This document shows positions 1-8,764 of a DNA stretch of 27,159 nt, one piece after another. The stretch's first letter is position 1, and each line of letters starts with the position of its first letter. The notes beneath the pieces were generated by a model. It did not search any database. It saw nothing but the letters and a program-made list of their open reading frames with translations, and had not been told where the DNA came from. The DNA is taken from the IMG/VR virus record IMGVR_UViG_3300037424_000800, positions 1-27,159 of that record; one strand, 5' to 3'. The stretch comes from a virus. Taxonomy: Duplodnaviria > Caudoviricetes. The position numbers and the translations under genes were made by a program.

Positions 1-196
1 CGGGCGGGGCATTCTCGTATGGTCCCAAAACCCTTACGAAAGCCAGGCGCATATCGTGTCTTAGGATATCCACTGACATCCAGTTTCCCGGCGAGATGTC
101 CTGGCGCGGGTTGAAACCAAGCTGCAGATTAGCTAGCCGTGCTTTTTGCCGTTCTAACTCAGCTTCTAGCGCGGCTTGCACATAGCGCGATCTCAT
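1..196 (-). CDS. hypothetical protein, runs off window edge
   Basis: ATG at 196 abuts the upstream TAA (TAAATG); frame MRSRYVQAALEAELERQK... stays open to base 1. Confidence 0.6.
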   Translation of the reverse strand, partial: MRSRYVQAALEAELERQKARLANLQLGFNPRQDISPGNWMSVDILRHDMRLAFVRVLGPYENAPP

Positions 197-550
197 TTAT
201 TTGTCACCGAACGGCAACCCGTCCGATGGGTCAATACCTGCCTCTAACTCGTCGGTGTCCAGGGGTTCTTTGTCCTTGATAGGTTGGAATTCGCTCAGGT
301 GGTTTACAGCAAGGATAGGCTCAATGGCGTCTTTGGGGTCCGGGCGACGCCCTTGCTTGATGGTAAATACTAGGGCGGTAGCCTCTTTTCGTACTTCTTC
401 TCGACAGTTTCCCATGAGCTCAGTAATCGCCTGGATAGGGTTTTCTTCCGGTTCAAGGTCTGCCCACATGGTTACGCCCATCTCGGACGAGTTATAGCGA
501 CCCAGGTTAAATTTTCGATTATATGTCGCCGATATGGTCTTTATGATCAT
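197..550 (-). CDS. hypothetical phage protein
   Basis: 117 aa ORF, RBS GAAAGGGA, acidic tail DPSDGLPFGDK. Confidence 0.8.
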   Translation of the reverse strand: MIIKTISATYNRKFNLGRYNSSEMGVTMWADLEPEENPIQAITELMGNCREEVRKEATALVFTIKQGRRPDPKDAIEPILAVNHLSEFQPIKDKEPLDTDELEAGIDPSDGLPFGDK

Positions 551-579
551 CGAATGATCCCTTTCGTTGAGGTAGGTTG

Positions 580-605
580 GGCGGCGCGGTATGCACCGCG
601 CCGCC
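580..605 (-). other. GC-rich intergenic hairpin
   Basis: GGCGGCGCGGT-atgc-ACCGCGCCGCC, 11-bp perfect stem, no U-tract, shortly upstream of the RBS of 197..550. Confidence 0.7.
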
Positions 606-617
606 TGTATAGTATGG

Positions 618-1490
618 CTAGAACGGCATGTCGTCTGCCGGGTTTTGATACTCCTGAACCTCGCTGGTCTGCTGCTCGGTTTCCCGCTTGTTGGGCGCTG
701 CCTTGTTCCAATCGTCCAACCACTCCTGCGAGTTTAGAAGAGCATCGTACATGACGGCGGCGATAATATCCCCGACGTACCAATCGGTGATGTTTTTCTC
801 GCTGATCTCTTTGGGGATAAACACCTGGGCCGGGGTTATGGGGCTTTGCTGCCCCGGTTTACCTTTCGGCACGCGCACCGGGGTATCCCCGAACGTACCG
901 ATTGGCGCATAGAAGTAGTTCGCCGGTAAACCGGTCTTGAAGTCGGCGTTGCTGAAATATTGCTTGCGGGCAGCGGCGGTTCCACGCTCGAACTCGGACA
1001 CAGCGTCGTTGAGTGCTTGCCCGGAGTACCCGGACGCACTCAATATCCCAAAACCCCAGGGCTCGAAGACCTTCTTAGCGCGGTCATGGCTGGCAAGGTA
1101 AACCAGTAGATTGACACGGCTGGTAACTTTGCCGGTCTGTTGGTCTTTCTGCCATTTCCCCCGGCGGGCAACAACGGCGCCTACGATGTAGCGGGCGAAG
1201 TAAGCGTCATACGTGTTTCCGCTGCGGGCGGAAACATTCATGCGCTCAGTGAACCCTGCTGGCAGGGTATCGATCCCCATCTCGCTTAGGGTAGTATCCG
1301 CTTCATCAGCGGTAGCGCCCCAACCGCCGAAGTATAAAGCAGTTCCCTTTGTTTTTGAATCCTGGGACTTGTAGGCGTTGTCGCCGTTTTTCCACCAGAG
1401 GTGTAAAGCGGCAAACGGTAAACGGATGCCCTCACCGCTGCGGTTGGCGGCGGTTACGGCATTAGCCTGATCTCTCGGTATGTTAAACAT
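618..1490 (-). CDS. putative ssDNA-binding/recombination protein
   Basis: Start moved to ATG 1490 (AAGGAG RBS); C-terminus PADDMPF resembles the SSB acidic tip. Function is an inference from that tail only. Confidence 0.5.
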   Translation of the reverse strand: MFNIPRDQANAVTAANRSGEGIRLPFAALHLWWKNGDNAYKSQDSKTKGTALYFGGWGATADEADTTLSEMGIDTLPAGFTERMNVSARSGNTYDAYFARYIVGAVVARRGKWQKDQQTGKVTSRVNLLVYLASHDRAKKVFEPWGFGILSASGYSGQALNDAVSEFERGTAAARKQYFSNADFKTGLPANYFYAPIGTFGDTPVRVPKGKPGQQSPITPAQVFIPKEISEKNITDWYVGDIIAAVMYDALLNSQEWLDDWNKAAPNKRETEQQTSEVQEYQNPADDMPF

Positions 1491-1550
1491 TTGGTTCTCC
1501 TTGTGATAAGTGTAGGTCGCTGATTGGTTGGTCAAGTTGATTAGCGTAGG

Positions 1551-1820
1551 TTACTGTTTGTTGGGGATAGGTTCGTCTTTCGCCTCCTTTATCTTGCGCG
1601 CTTTGGCAACGAGGGCACGGGCGCGCTCGCGCGTAACACCACCCAGGGCCTGCCCGGTTTCCTCCAGGGTCTTACCTTGCACAACGTGTAGCTGATAGGC
1701 CAGCATCGCCCGTTCGATATGATCGGGGTTTTGCTGATCGTCCGCGCATTTGCGGCACATCTTACCGGCTTTGCTTTTCTTTGGACCCCCGCAGATGGGG
1801 CAAATGTAATCGTTGCTCAT
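1551..1820 (-). CDS. Zn-finger plus sigma70 region-4-like HTH protein
   Basis: CPIC...CRKC followed by KTLEETGQALGGVTRERARALVAKA (region-4-type TxERxR HTH); RBS GAAAGGAA before ATG 1820. Confidence 0.7.
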   Translation of the reverse strand: MSNDYICPICGGPKKSKAGKMCRKCADDQQNPDHIERAMLAYQLHVVQGKTLEETGQALGGVTRERARALVAKARKIKEAKDEPIPNKQ

Positions 1821-1845
1821 AATTTGGTTTATTCCTTTCAACAGA

Positions 1846-1885
1846 ATTATAAACCCTGATCGCCAGTTTTGTCAATACGCAATTG
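1846..1885 (-). promoter_or_regulatory. sigma70 promoter with degenerate copy of the shared box (P0)
   Basis: AATTGCGTA-TTGACA-18 bp-TATAAT, lying inside the 3' end of 1847..2179. Confidence 0.75.
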
Positions 1886-2179
1886 TTCATTGACCCATCC
1901 GGCGACATTAATCTCGATGCGAAACGAGGCTTGCGGCAGCGGGGCAATGATCTGCTGCTTGAACCGCTGGTGCAGCCTAATCGCTGTTTCCCGGTCGGTA
2001 AATTTCAGCAGGATCGCCAGCGCCAGTTGTGCCGGACCTGACCCGGCATAACCCCAACTAAAACCGTCGGGGCTATGGTTCCAGACCCCTTGCGATGGGC
2101 GCGGGCTAATGTACCTGCCGTTCAAGTAGACCTGCCGGGACTTCCATTCCCCGGCTATGATGGTTTTATTCTCAATCAT
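1847..2179 (-). CDS. DUF6166-like protein
   Basis: Motif NHSPDGFSWGYAGSGPAQLALAIL. Confidence 0.7.
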   Translation of the reverse strand: MIENKTIIAGEWKSRQVYLNGRYISPRPSQGVWNHSPDGFSWGYAGSGPAQLALAILLKFTDRETAIRLHQRFKQQIIAPLPQASFRIEINVAGWVNEQLRIDKTGDQGL

Positions 2180-2182
2180 GGC

Positions 2183-2434
2183 TTACCTCGCAAACGCGGT
2201 CAAAACGATGGACGGCTTTCGACCGGTGTAACCGATGCGCTTGCAACTGGTCAATTTGGGGTCAAGCCAGTCTCCCTTACGTTCGTCGCCCTCAGTAGTG
2301 TTAGCCACCATCGTCCTGGCTTTCAGTGGAGTTTCGGCAATAACAACAAATGCTGTTACGTAATCGTGTAAGGGATGAAAACTTCTTGGAAGTCGTTCAT
2401 TGTCTCGTTGCTCGATCAAATATACTCGGTTCAT
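2183..2434 (-). CDS. hypothetical protein
   Basis: Start moved to ATG 2434 (RBS TGAAAGGAAAC, ATGA overlap with upstream stop). Confidence 0.75.
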   Translation of the reverse strand: MNRVYLIEQRDNERLPRSFHPLHDYVTAFVVIAETPLKARTMVANTTEGDERKGDWLDPKLTSCKRIGYTGRKPSIVLTAFAR

Positions 2435-2856
2435 AGCAGGTTTCCTTTCATTTTGCTGATTATCTCGTCCGCGACCTGGGCGGGAGTTTGCTTTGCTGTT
2501 TTTCCATTGAGCTGCACCAGCGCCCACCCGTTTGCATATAACCACCGCGCCTTGATCTCGTCGTATGCCCACATTTTAGCGGCGCCATGCCATCCCTTTG
2601 ACCCGTCCACCTCAACGGCGATCAGTTGCCCGTCCATTTGGAAAGCTACGTCGATATATTGTTCCATCCCCGGTTCGGTATGGATGGGGTGTTCGTAGGC
2701 GATCCATTCCGGGTTGAGTAGGGTAACGGCGAGGCGGGCTTTTGCCTCTGCTTTGGTTGGGCGCTGACGGCGTTCTTGTGCTGCGAAAACGGCGCGGCGC
2801 TTTCCCGCTGTCCTCGCTGTTTCGCTGGTAAACGTTCCAGATGATCTAGCCATCAT
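2431..2856 (-). CDS. DUF559/Vsr-like PD-(D/E)XK endonuclease
   Basis: PTKAE...YIDVAF...LIAVEVDG..WH...DEIKARWLYANGW pattern. Confidence 0.7.
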   Translation of the reverse strand: MMARSSGTFTSETARTAGKRRAVFAAQERRQRPTKAEAKARLAVTLLNPEWIAYEHPIHTEPGMEQYIDVAFQMDGQLIAVEVDGSKGWHGAAKMWAYDEIKARWLYANGWALVQLNGKTAKQTPAQVADEIISKMKGNLL

Positions 2857-3062
2857 AGCACCCTAAAGGCCCGGCGGCTGGCGAGCTGTACTACCGATCC
2901 GGGAAAGCTGATGACCCAGGCATTGCGGTCATTAGCGCCCTTGCCTTTGAGCAACCCCAGGATTTCGACCTCGACTTTGGGGTTGTTGTACATCGCCTTT
3001 CGCCCGGAAAGGGCGTGGCGGTCGTACTCGATCACTGACCCGTTGTAAATTTGCGTCTTCAT
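2853..3062 (-). CDS. hypothetical protein
   Basis: 69 aa, ATGA-coupled on both sides. Confidence 0.7.
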   Translation of the reverse strand: MKTQIYNGSVIEYDRHALSGRKAMYNNPKVEVEILGLLKGKGANDRNAWVISFPGSVVQLASRRAFRVL

Positions 3063-3259
3063 GGCTTATACACCTCAATCCCGGTGAAAGCTGCAGGATC
3101 GTCTTTTAGGGCTTTTCGCAGGACAGTCTCTACGGCGATCCACGCGTTCCAGAGCCTCATAATTTCGGTGGTACTCAGATCGGCGGGTCGGTCAGCGTAA
3201 GCATGCCACGCGGCGTGCTCGGCGTCTGCGATTTCCTGGGGAGTCAATTCATCAGCCAT
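3059..3259 (-). CDS. hypothetical protein
   Basis: 66 aa, GGAGG RBS, operon packing. Confidence 0.7.
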   Translation of the reverse strand: MADELTPQEIADAEHAAWHAYADRPADLSTTEIMRLWNAWIAVETVLRKALKDDPAAFTGIEVYKP

Positions 3260-3260
3260 T

Positions 3261-3752
3261 TTATTCCTCCAACGTGTGGTCTATGTTGTATCCCCGGTGC
3301 CCGGTCGCCTTACTAGGGCGAACCAGCGCGCCGTGAGCGGTGGTGGCTGCCCACCGGCGACCCTGCTCAATGTCGTTGAACTCATGAAGATCGTAGCTGC
3401 CTTTCTTCTGCTCGGCAACCAGGATTGTGCCATCGCTAGTTTCATACCAGGGTGACGTTTCGACCGGGGCTAGCTTCGGGGTGGGTTGTGGGGTAGGGCG
3501 GTTCTGGCTTGCCCGTACCGAGATCATTTTGCTGATCATGTGTTTGCAAGCCACTTTCGGATGGTTGATCCGGTCAGGGCAGTTGCAGCTTCCGCAGGTG
3601 GTCACGTACTGGTGGACGTTCTCGGGTTTGCTCAGCAGGATACCGAGCGCCCGGTTGGTGCGGGCTTCGTCCAATTTGCCCTTGCGGGCGGCTGCGCGGG
3701 CTTTGTTGTATTGGCTAAAAATCTGTGATCGGGTCAGGGTCTTGTCAGTCAT
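3261..3752 (-). CDS. SWIM zinc-finger protein
   Basis: CNCPDRINHPKVACKH (CxC-xn-CxH); RBS GAAAGGAAC; first gene after promoter P1. Confidence 0.7.
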   Translation of the reverse strand: MTDKTLTRSQIFSQYNKARAAARKGKLDEARTNRALGILLSKPENVHQYVTTCGSCNCPDRINHPKVACKHMISKMISVRASQNRPTPQPTPKLAPVETSPWYETSDGTILVAEQKKGSYDLHEFNDIEQGRRWAATTAHGALVRPSKATGHRGYNIDHTLEE

Positions 3753-3776
3753 TGGTCGGTGTTCCTTTCTACCCTA

Positions 3777-3815
3777 ATAATAACCGATAACTTCTCACTT
3801 GTCAATAGGCAATTT
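3777..3815 (-). promoter_or_regulatory. shared-box sigma70 promoter P1
   Basis: AAATTGCCTA-TTGACA-17 bp-TATTAT. Confidence 0.9.
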
Positions 3816-4174
3816 CACGCTTTCCACTTGACCGTCATTTGGAAGTGCCTCATTGTTGCGTTCCAGGCTTGCTCAGTCGTGGTTACCGTTTTGTTCGCCA
3901 CGCCCACGAAGAAGTCGCAGTCACCTGCTTGTTCCCTTTCGTAGGCTGGTTTGTGGTCGGAAAACCGGACCTTGTACCGTTGCTGCCCGTGGTAAACGAA
4001 GACGTATTTTGAGCGCGTCGTCACTGCCCGGTGTAGCCCAACCTCTAACCCGGCATCAATGGCATTGCGGATAAATAGCAGGTACTTCGGCGTAGGGTAC
4101 TGCTCAGGGTAGCGGTCGATCATTTGCTTGATAGCGTCCGGGCTTATGCGGCGGTTATCGTCATTGTTCATCAT
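3815..4174 (-). CDS. hypothetical protein
   Basis: 119 aa, coupled to the SNF2 stop; its own stop overlaps the edge of the P1 box. Confidence 0.75.
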   Translation of the reverse strand: MMNNDDNRRISPDAIKQMIDRYPEQYPTPKYLLFIRNAIDAGLEVGLHRAVTTRSKYVFVYHGQQRYKVRFSDHKPAYEREQAGDCDFFVGVANKTVTTTEQAWNATMRHFQMTVKWKA

Positions 4175-6339
4175 TTTGTTTCCCGGTATTTCTCGATCAG
4201 TTGCCCTAGCATGGAGAAATCCTGATCGCCGACCGTCCCGTCATGGATGGTCTCGATCACCTGGCGCTTGCTTTCTAGTAGGGTTACGATGTCCTCGTCC
4301 ACCGTCTCGCTGGCTACCAAGTACCAGCAGGTAACGCTATCATGCTGACCGATGCGGTGACAACGATCCTCAGCTTGTACGTGGTCGCCTGGGGTCCAGG
4401 CGAACTCAACGAACGCTACATCGCTGGCTGCGGTCAGGGTCAACCCTACGCCCGCCGCTTTGATGTTCCCGACAAATAGGGTAACCTTATCATCGTTCTG
4501 AAAACGGTCAACTGCTCGCTGTCGTGGGCTTGGGCCAATAATGTTACCTTTCTTGTCTTTTATTGGGTCATTACTGTCTCGCCCGTCTAACCGCACTGCC
4601 TGATCCTTGAAGGCGTCCATCAGCCGGTCGATGATCATGTGGTGGGTGGCGAACACCACCAGCTTCTTACCGGTGTCCAGGAAGTTCTCGATCCAGTCGA
4701 TCACGTCCTTGATCTTTCCCAGGGCGGCGGCTTGTTTGGCTTTCTCGAACCATGCCAGTTGTTCAGCTTGCCGAACCGATGAAAGCGCCTCTTCGATGTA
4801 AGAGTCGTATTCTGCGCGCTGCGCATCGTCGAAGTTCATGACCAGGGTTGCCCGTCGTTTTGGAGGCAGTTCCTTGAGTACCTCACTTTTGATCCGGCGT
4901 ACAACGTAGGGCTTGATCTTCTCGTGCAGTTTACCCAGGTTGGTCGCGCCCTCGGTGTGGAAACCGAAACGATCCTTGTACGCGCCGCAGTACTCTACCG
5001 CGTAGCGGTAGAAGTTGGGCCATGCCTTCGGGTCAACCATGTTCAATAATGGGAACAGTTCTTCCGGGCGGTTGGTGACCGGCGTCCCGGTTGCCAGGAT
5101 GACCCGGTCGATCTTCTTGGCGATCTCGATCAATGCCTTTGCCCGCTGTCTCTTGCGGTTCTTGGCGTAGTGTGCCTCGTCCGCGATCACTAGGGCTGGA
5201 CCCCACGCGATCAAGGCGTCTTGCCACTTGGCTAACACGTCATAGTTGATGACCGCTACGTCAACCCCTCGTAGGCTGTATGGTTTGCCGCCGTTAATTA
5301 GATGAACCTTGTCTTTGGTGGACAAGAATTTGTTGATCTCCCGCAGAGTATTCAGTTTCAGGCTGGCAGGTACGATGATCAAAACGGGGCGCAGTTCCGG
5401 GTGAAGCTGCAGCGGGGCAAGGTATTGAACCGTCTTGCCTAACCCCATCTCGTCGGCGATGATCGCCCGGTGGTTCGATTTTTCAAGGAACTCAACGCCT
5501 GCTCGTTGGAACGGCAGTAACGGCAGCCTCAAACCGGGCACGTCAAAGTCGCTGCTGGATTTCCGGCTCATATTAGAAAGCTCGGTTTGGGTCTGTACTA
5601 GAGTTTTGAACTCCGGGGTTTGTGCCGCCTGGGGGAACAGGCTTACCATGTCCATCGCCAGCCGTCCTGGAACCACCCAGGGTTTTCCGGGTAGCTCAGG
5701 GTTCCAGCGCCGTTCTTCCAACGCCTTGACCTTTGCCAGGTTATCTTGAAAATTGCCACCGCGCCCGAAGTGCACCAGCACCGACCCCTCATGTACGCTC
5801 AGGGTCACATCGGCGTTGCCGGTCACCTGGGTTTCGATTTGCTGCGGTTGCGCCGGGGTTTCCGGGGTGACCTCGATCATTTCCGGTAGGTCATAGTCCG
5901 CACCGTCACCTAGTAGCTTCTTGATGGCATCCAGCGCGCTCAGCGGGACACTCCACGGCGTGCCGTTGATCTCGGGGTGCCAGCGCCAACCGGGGATCAT
6001 TTTCAGCGCCGTTCTGGTTTCATCGCTCGGTTTGCCGCCGAAGAAAACCATGACACGCCCGCCCTGAACCTTCACGGATGGGCGGGGCAGCGGGATCGCC
6101 TCTGCCTTGTCCGGTAGGGTGATGCCCGCCTCATCAAGCTGGCGGCGATACTTGCGCAGCATGTTCAAGGATGCCGCGCGCTCCTTTTCAGTCAGTGGTA
6201 TGCCGGCAGTTACCTTGTCTGCCAGGGCATGCCCGAACATCCCATCGAAGGCGTTGTACCCGATCCCGTTTAGGTCACGGGCAAGGTCGGGGTCGCGTCC
6301 AGCTAAAAAGACCAGGGCTTGGGCAATAGGGTCACTCAT
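4171..6339 (-). CDS. SNF2-family helicase/ATPase, SMARCAL1(HARP)-like
   Basis: LPFQRAGV, ADEMGLGKT, DEAH, TGTP, GVGLTLT and QAEDRCHRIGQ motifs; two N-terminal repeats with RW.P...W.VP. Confidence 0.9.
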   Translation of the reverse strand: MSDPIAQALVFLAGRDPDLARDLNGIGYNAFDGMFGHALADKVTAGIPLTEKERAASLNMLRKYRRQLDEAGITLPDKAEAIPLPRPSVKVQGGRVMVFFGGKPSDETRTALKMIPGWRWHPEINGTPWSVPLSALDAIKKLLGDGADYDLPEMIEVTPETPAQPQQIETQVTGNADVTLSVHEGSVLVHFGRGGNFQDNLAKVKALEERRWNPELPGKPWVVPGRLAMDMVSLFPQAAQTPEFKTLVQTQTELSNMSRKSSSDFDVPGLRLPLLPFQRAGVEFLEKSNHRAIIADEMGLGKTVQYLAPLQLHPELRPVLIIVPASLKLNTLREINKFLSTKDKVHLINGGKPYSLRGVDVAVINYDVLAKWQDALIAWGPALVIADEAHYAKNRKRQRAKALIEIAKKIDRVILATGTPVTNRPEELFPLLNMVDPKAWPNFYRYAVEYCGAYKDRFGFHTEGATNLGKLHEKIKPYVVRRIKSEVLKELPPKRRATLVMNFDDAQRAEYDSYIEEALSSVRQAEQLAWFEKAKQAAALGKIKDVIDWIENFLDTGKKLVVFATHHMIIDRLMDAFKDQAVRLDGRDSNDPIKDKKGNIIGPSPRQRAVDRFQNDDKVTLFVGNIKAAGVGLTLTAASDVAFVEFAWTPGDHVQAEDRCHRIGQHDSVTCWYLVASETVDEDIVTLLESKRQVIETIHDGTVGDQDFSMLGQLIEKYRETK

Positions 6340-6686
6340 GGGTTGCTCATCCGGTCATAGCAGTCCGGGCAACTAGCGCCGCTGCTGCTGGTCATAACCT
6401 CAGCCACCGGGATCGTATGACCGCAATCGCAGCGTTTGTACTCGATGACCGGTGCGGGGCGGGCTACCAGGGCGTCGGCGTCGCGGATTTTTGCGTACCA
6501 ATCGGAGTCGTAATTGATTTCTTTGCCAGTTGCTAGATAGTCCAAAACTTCCTGGCGGCTGGTCATCGGCCGGCGGCCTACGCGCTCTGCGTACCAAGTT
6601 TCGCGCTCGATAACCATATCGATGAACTTTTCGATCCGGTCATCGTCTGTCCAAGTTCCTGTGCTCAACATCCTCTGGAATTTCAT
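6336..6686 (-). CDS. hypothetical protein with C-terminal Zn ribbon
   Basis: Start moved to ATG 6686 (GAAAGGAACACAGACCATG); CDC...CPDC. Confidence 0.75.
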   Translation of the reverse strand: MKFQRMLSTGTWTDDDRIEKFIDMVIERETWYAERVGRRPMTSRQEVLDYLATGKEINYDSDWYAKIRDADALVARPAPVIEYKRCDCGHTIPVAEVMTSSSGASCPDCYDRMSNP

Positions 6687-6712
6687 GGTCTGTGTTCCTT
6701 TCTTATACTCCA

Positions 6713-6751
6713 ATAATAACCGATAATTCACTGCTTGTCAATAGGCAATTT
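6713..6751 (-). promoter_or_regulatory. shared-box sigma70 promoter P2
   Basis: AAATTGCCTA-TTGACA-17 bp-TATTAT. Confidence 0.9.
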
Positions 6752-6761
6752 TATAAACGGG

Positions 6762-6802
6762 CAAACAAAAACCGGGCGTGGGGGGGGCACGTCCGGTTTT
6801 TG
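6762..6802 (-). terminator. intrinsic terminator, possibly bidirectional
   Basis: CAAAAACCGGACGTG-C7 loop-CACGCCCGGTTTTTG on the minus strand, immediately upstream of P2. Confidence 0.8.
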
Positions 6803-6831
6803 CCTTCACACAATAAGGAGCGAAGTGAACC
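6762..6831 (-). ncRNA. candidate anti-SD small RNA 1 (~70 nt)
   Basis: Own promoter (6838-6866), no ORF, UUCAC/GUGAA stem with loop UUCGCUCCUUAUUGU, ends in the terminator. Confidence 0.55.
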
Positions 6832-6837
6832 GATCAA

Positions 6838-6866
6838 AGTATAGAACCAACGCTGTCAAAAGTCAA
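6838..6866 (-). promoter_or_regulatory. sigma70 promoter for candidate sRNA 1
   Basis: TTGACT-17 bp-TATACT; the -35 overlaps the stop codon of 6863..7663. Confidence 0.7.
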
Positions 6867-7663
6867 GGATGTTTATTTATGCACCCAACGCACAGCGGTT
6901 GAAATGCCAGTTGTCCACGCTTCATCATGCCTACCGCCTCCGGTGTACTCTGCCCCCACTTCCACCAGAAGCCGCGCTCGTTGACGCACTGCTCTAATCC
7001 ATCCAACCATGCACCCCAATGCGGAAACCAGAACGCAGCCTCTTCGCGCTCCTCTTTGTTCTGCATCGTGCCACACATACACTCGCCAGAACGGTGTAGC
7101 AAAGCTGAAACGGGGTTGACTTCCAATTTCTCGTCATGGATGAAGTCCATGCAGTCGCGCTTTGTCCATTCGTTGATGATGTTCACCCACACGTTAGGGC
7201 CATCCGCCTTGACGGGTTCCCTCATCGTCATCATGCGGTTCTGGCTTTCCTGCCTGCGCCCGCCGTTGATAAGCAAGATATTGCGTCCGCGCTTCCCCTG
7301 GCGTATCGTTGCCAGCCCCGCGCGCAACCGCTGGCGCTTCAAGATGTGGTAAGCATAGGTGTGCGCCCTCTCTCCTTTGCCAAAGAAACCCTTGCGCAAC
7401 ACGTAATCCTCATACGCGCTCCCCGCGGTTCGCTCGATGTACGGCAATCCTGTACTCTCAACGTATCGGCGCACGTAATCCAGCGTTTCGGGTATCCCCG
7501 TCCCGGTGTGAACGTGCATTACATAATCAACCTTCACGCCCAGGCGCAAGGCTACGTGTAACGCGGTTAGGCTGTCTGTGCCCCCGCTGAACATAGCAAC
7601 GGCGGCATAAGGCTTATACTCCATCCGCGCCTGCTTGATAATCTCTCGCGATTGCTCAAACAC
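6863..7663 (-). CDS. PAPS reductase-family (PP-loop) protein
   Basis: FSGGTDS PP-loop, GGRRQES..R, WTKRD, SGECMCG. Confidence 0.85.
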   Translation of the reverse strand: MFEQSREIIKQARMEYKPYAAVAMFSGGTDSLTALHVALRLGVKVDYVMHVHTGTGIPETLDYVRRYVESTGLPYIERTAGSAYEDYVLRKGFFGKGERAHTYAYHILKRQRLRAGLATIRQGKRGRNILLINGGRRQESQNRMMTMREPVKADGPNVWVNIINEWTKRDCMDFIHDEKLEVNPVSALLHRSGECMCGTMQNKEEREEAAFWFPHWGAWLDGLEQCVNERGFWWKWGQSTPEAVGMMKRGQLAFQPLCVGCINKHP

Positions 7664-8363
7664 GCGTTTTTTGTCCCAGGCGTTCTAATTCGTCTACCAG
7701 ATCACCGAGCAATTTTTCGACCTTCGGTAAGTCGAACGGTAGTAGCGCCAGGGTTTGCTGGACGCTATGGATCAGCCCGGTCAAATGGCTCACTACCAGG
7801 CGCAAGCGTTTCTCCGGGTCCTGTTCATCGGCAATATTGCGTAGCCCTTCCAGATGACGGTTTTCTTCCGAGAAGGCCAGGAGCTCGCCGTCAGCGGTGT
7901 TCACGTCGCCGAACTTTGCCTCCATCCAATCAACGGACGGGGCGATGCCTCCCCGGTTATGCGCCTCAACGAGGCATGCGCTCAACATCTCGCGCCAGCG
8001 CGCTGGGTTGCGCATGGCGGATCGCAGGTGATCAATCGACAACCCTGGAAAATCGTCCAGCCCTCCAACCCCGTTGCTGGCATAGAAATCAACTATCTGG
8101 ACGTATTCGCGCACGGTGCGAGTAGCCTTGCCGGTCAGCGATGCGAACTCTTTGTAAACGTCCATAACGCCGATTTCAACTACATTTCCTGTTTCCCTGC
8201 CCTCTTGCTCGGCTTGTTTTAGTTCGTCTATGGTCAGGGCGATCAACTGCCCGATTTCCCAGGCGGCGTCACTGGACACCTGTCCCAGGTAGATAGCGCG
8301 CTCCCGGCGCGCCTCCGGTATGAATTGGCTTACTGATGTTACGACTATCATCTCTGCAACCAT
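7656..8363 (-). CDS. hypothetical protein
   Basis: 235 aa ORF overlapping both neighbours. Confidence 0.75.
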   Translation of the reverse strand: MVAEMIVVTSVSQFIPEARRERAIYLGQVSSDAAWEIGQLIALTIDELKQAEQEGRETGNVVEIGVMDVYKEFASLTGKATRTVREYVQIVDFYASNGVGGLDDFPGLSIDHLRSAMRNPARWREMLSACLVEAHNRGGIAPSVDWMEAKFGDVNTADGELLAFSEENRHLEGLRNIADEQDPEKRLRLVVSHLTGLIHSVQQTLALLPFDLPKVEKLLGDLVDELERLGQKTRV

Positions 8364-8764
8364 TTTCTTATCCTCTCTTTTGTGATCTCGTGGTCCGCCG
8401 GTATCCCGAACGTGACCCAGGGTTTATGTGAACTGGCATTGTACTCAGGGACGCGCGCCGCCAGGGTGATCAAGTAAAGCGCCTCGTTAATAGTAGTTAC
8501 CACCCCGACGATCCCGGGGCAATTGGTCAAGAATTCTATCTCGCCGGGCTCGAAGCGGGTTAGTTTTTCTAGCGATTTAACCTCGATGGCTACGCAGCGC
8601 TGGCCCACCCACACCAGCCAATCTACCATCACCCCGCCGCGCTTAGAAACGTCCACGGCATAAATCGGTGGCATGTCAGGCAGCTCACGGGCTTGCTCGA
8701 CCGCCTCAGCGACGACATGGTGGTTTTTGTCTGGATGGGGGTTATACTTCGGGCGTCTGGTCAT
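8348..8764 (-). CDS. PD-(D/E)XK nuclease, VRR-NUC-like
   Basis: MVDWLV...VAIEVKS...PGEIEF; start placed at the ATGA overlap (8764). Confidence 0.6.
   Translation of the reverse strand: MTRRPKYNPHPDKNHHVVAEAVEQARELPDMPPIYAVDVSKRGGVMVDWLVWVGQRCVAIEVKSLEKLTRFEPGEIEFLTNCPGIVGVVTTINEALYLITLAARVPEYNASSHKPWVTFGIPADHEITKERIRKWLQR

Noticed and set aside
6780-6787. G8 tract as a phase-variation site
   Set aside because: It lies in a terminator loop, outside any ORF or promoter spacer
6863-7663. PAPS-reductase-family gene as part of a phosphorothioation (Dnd) system
   Set aside because: No partner genes are seen, and solitary members are common in phages
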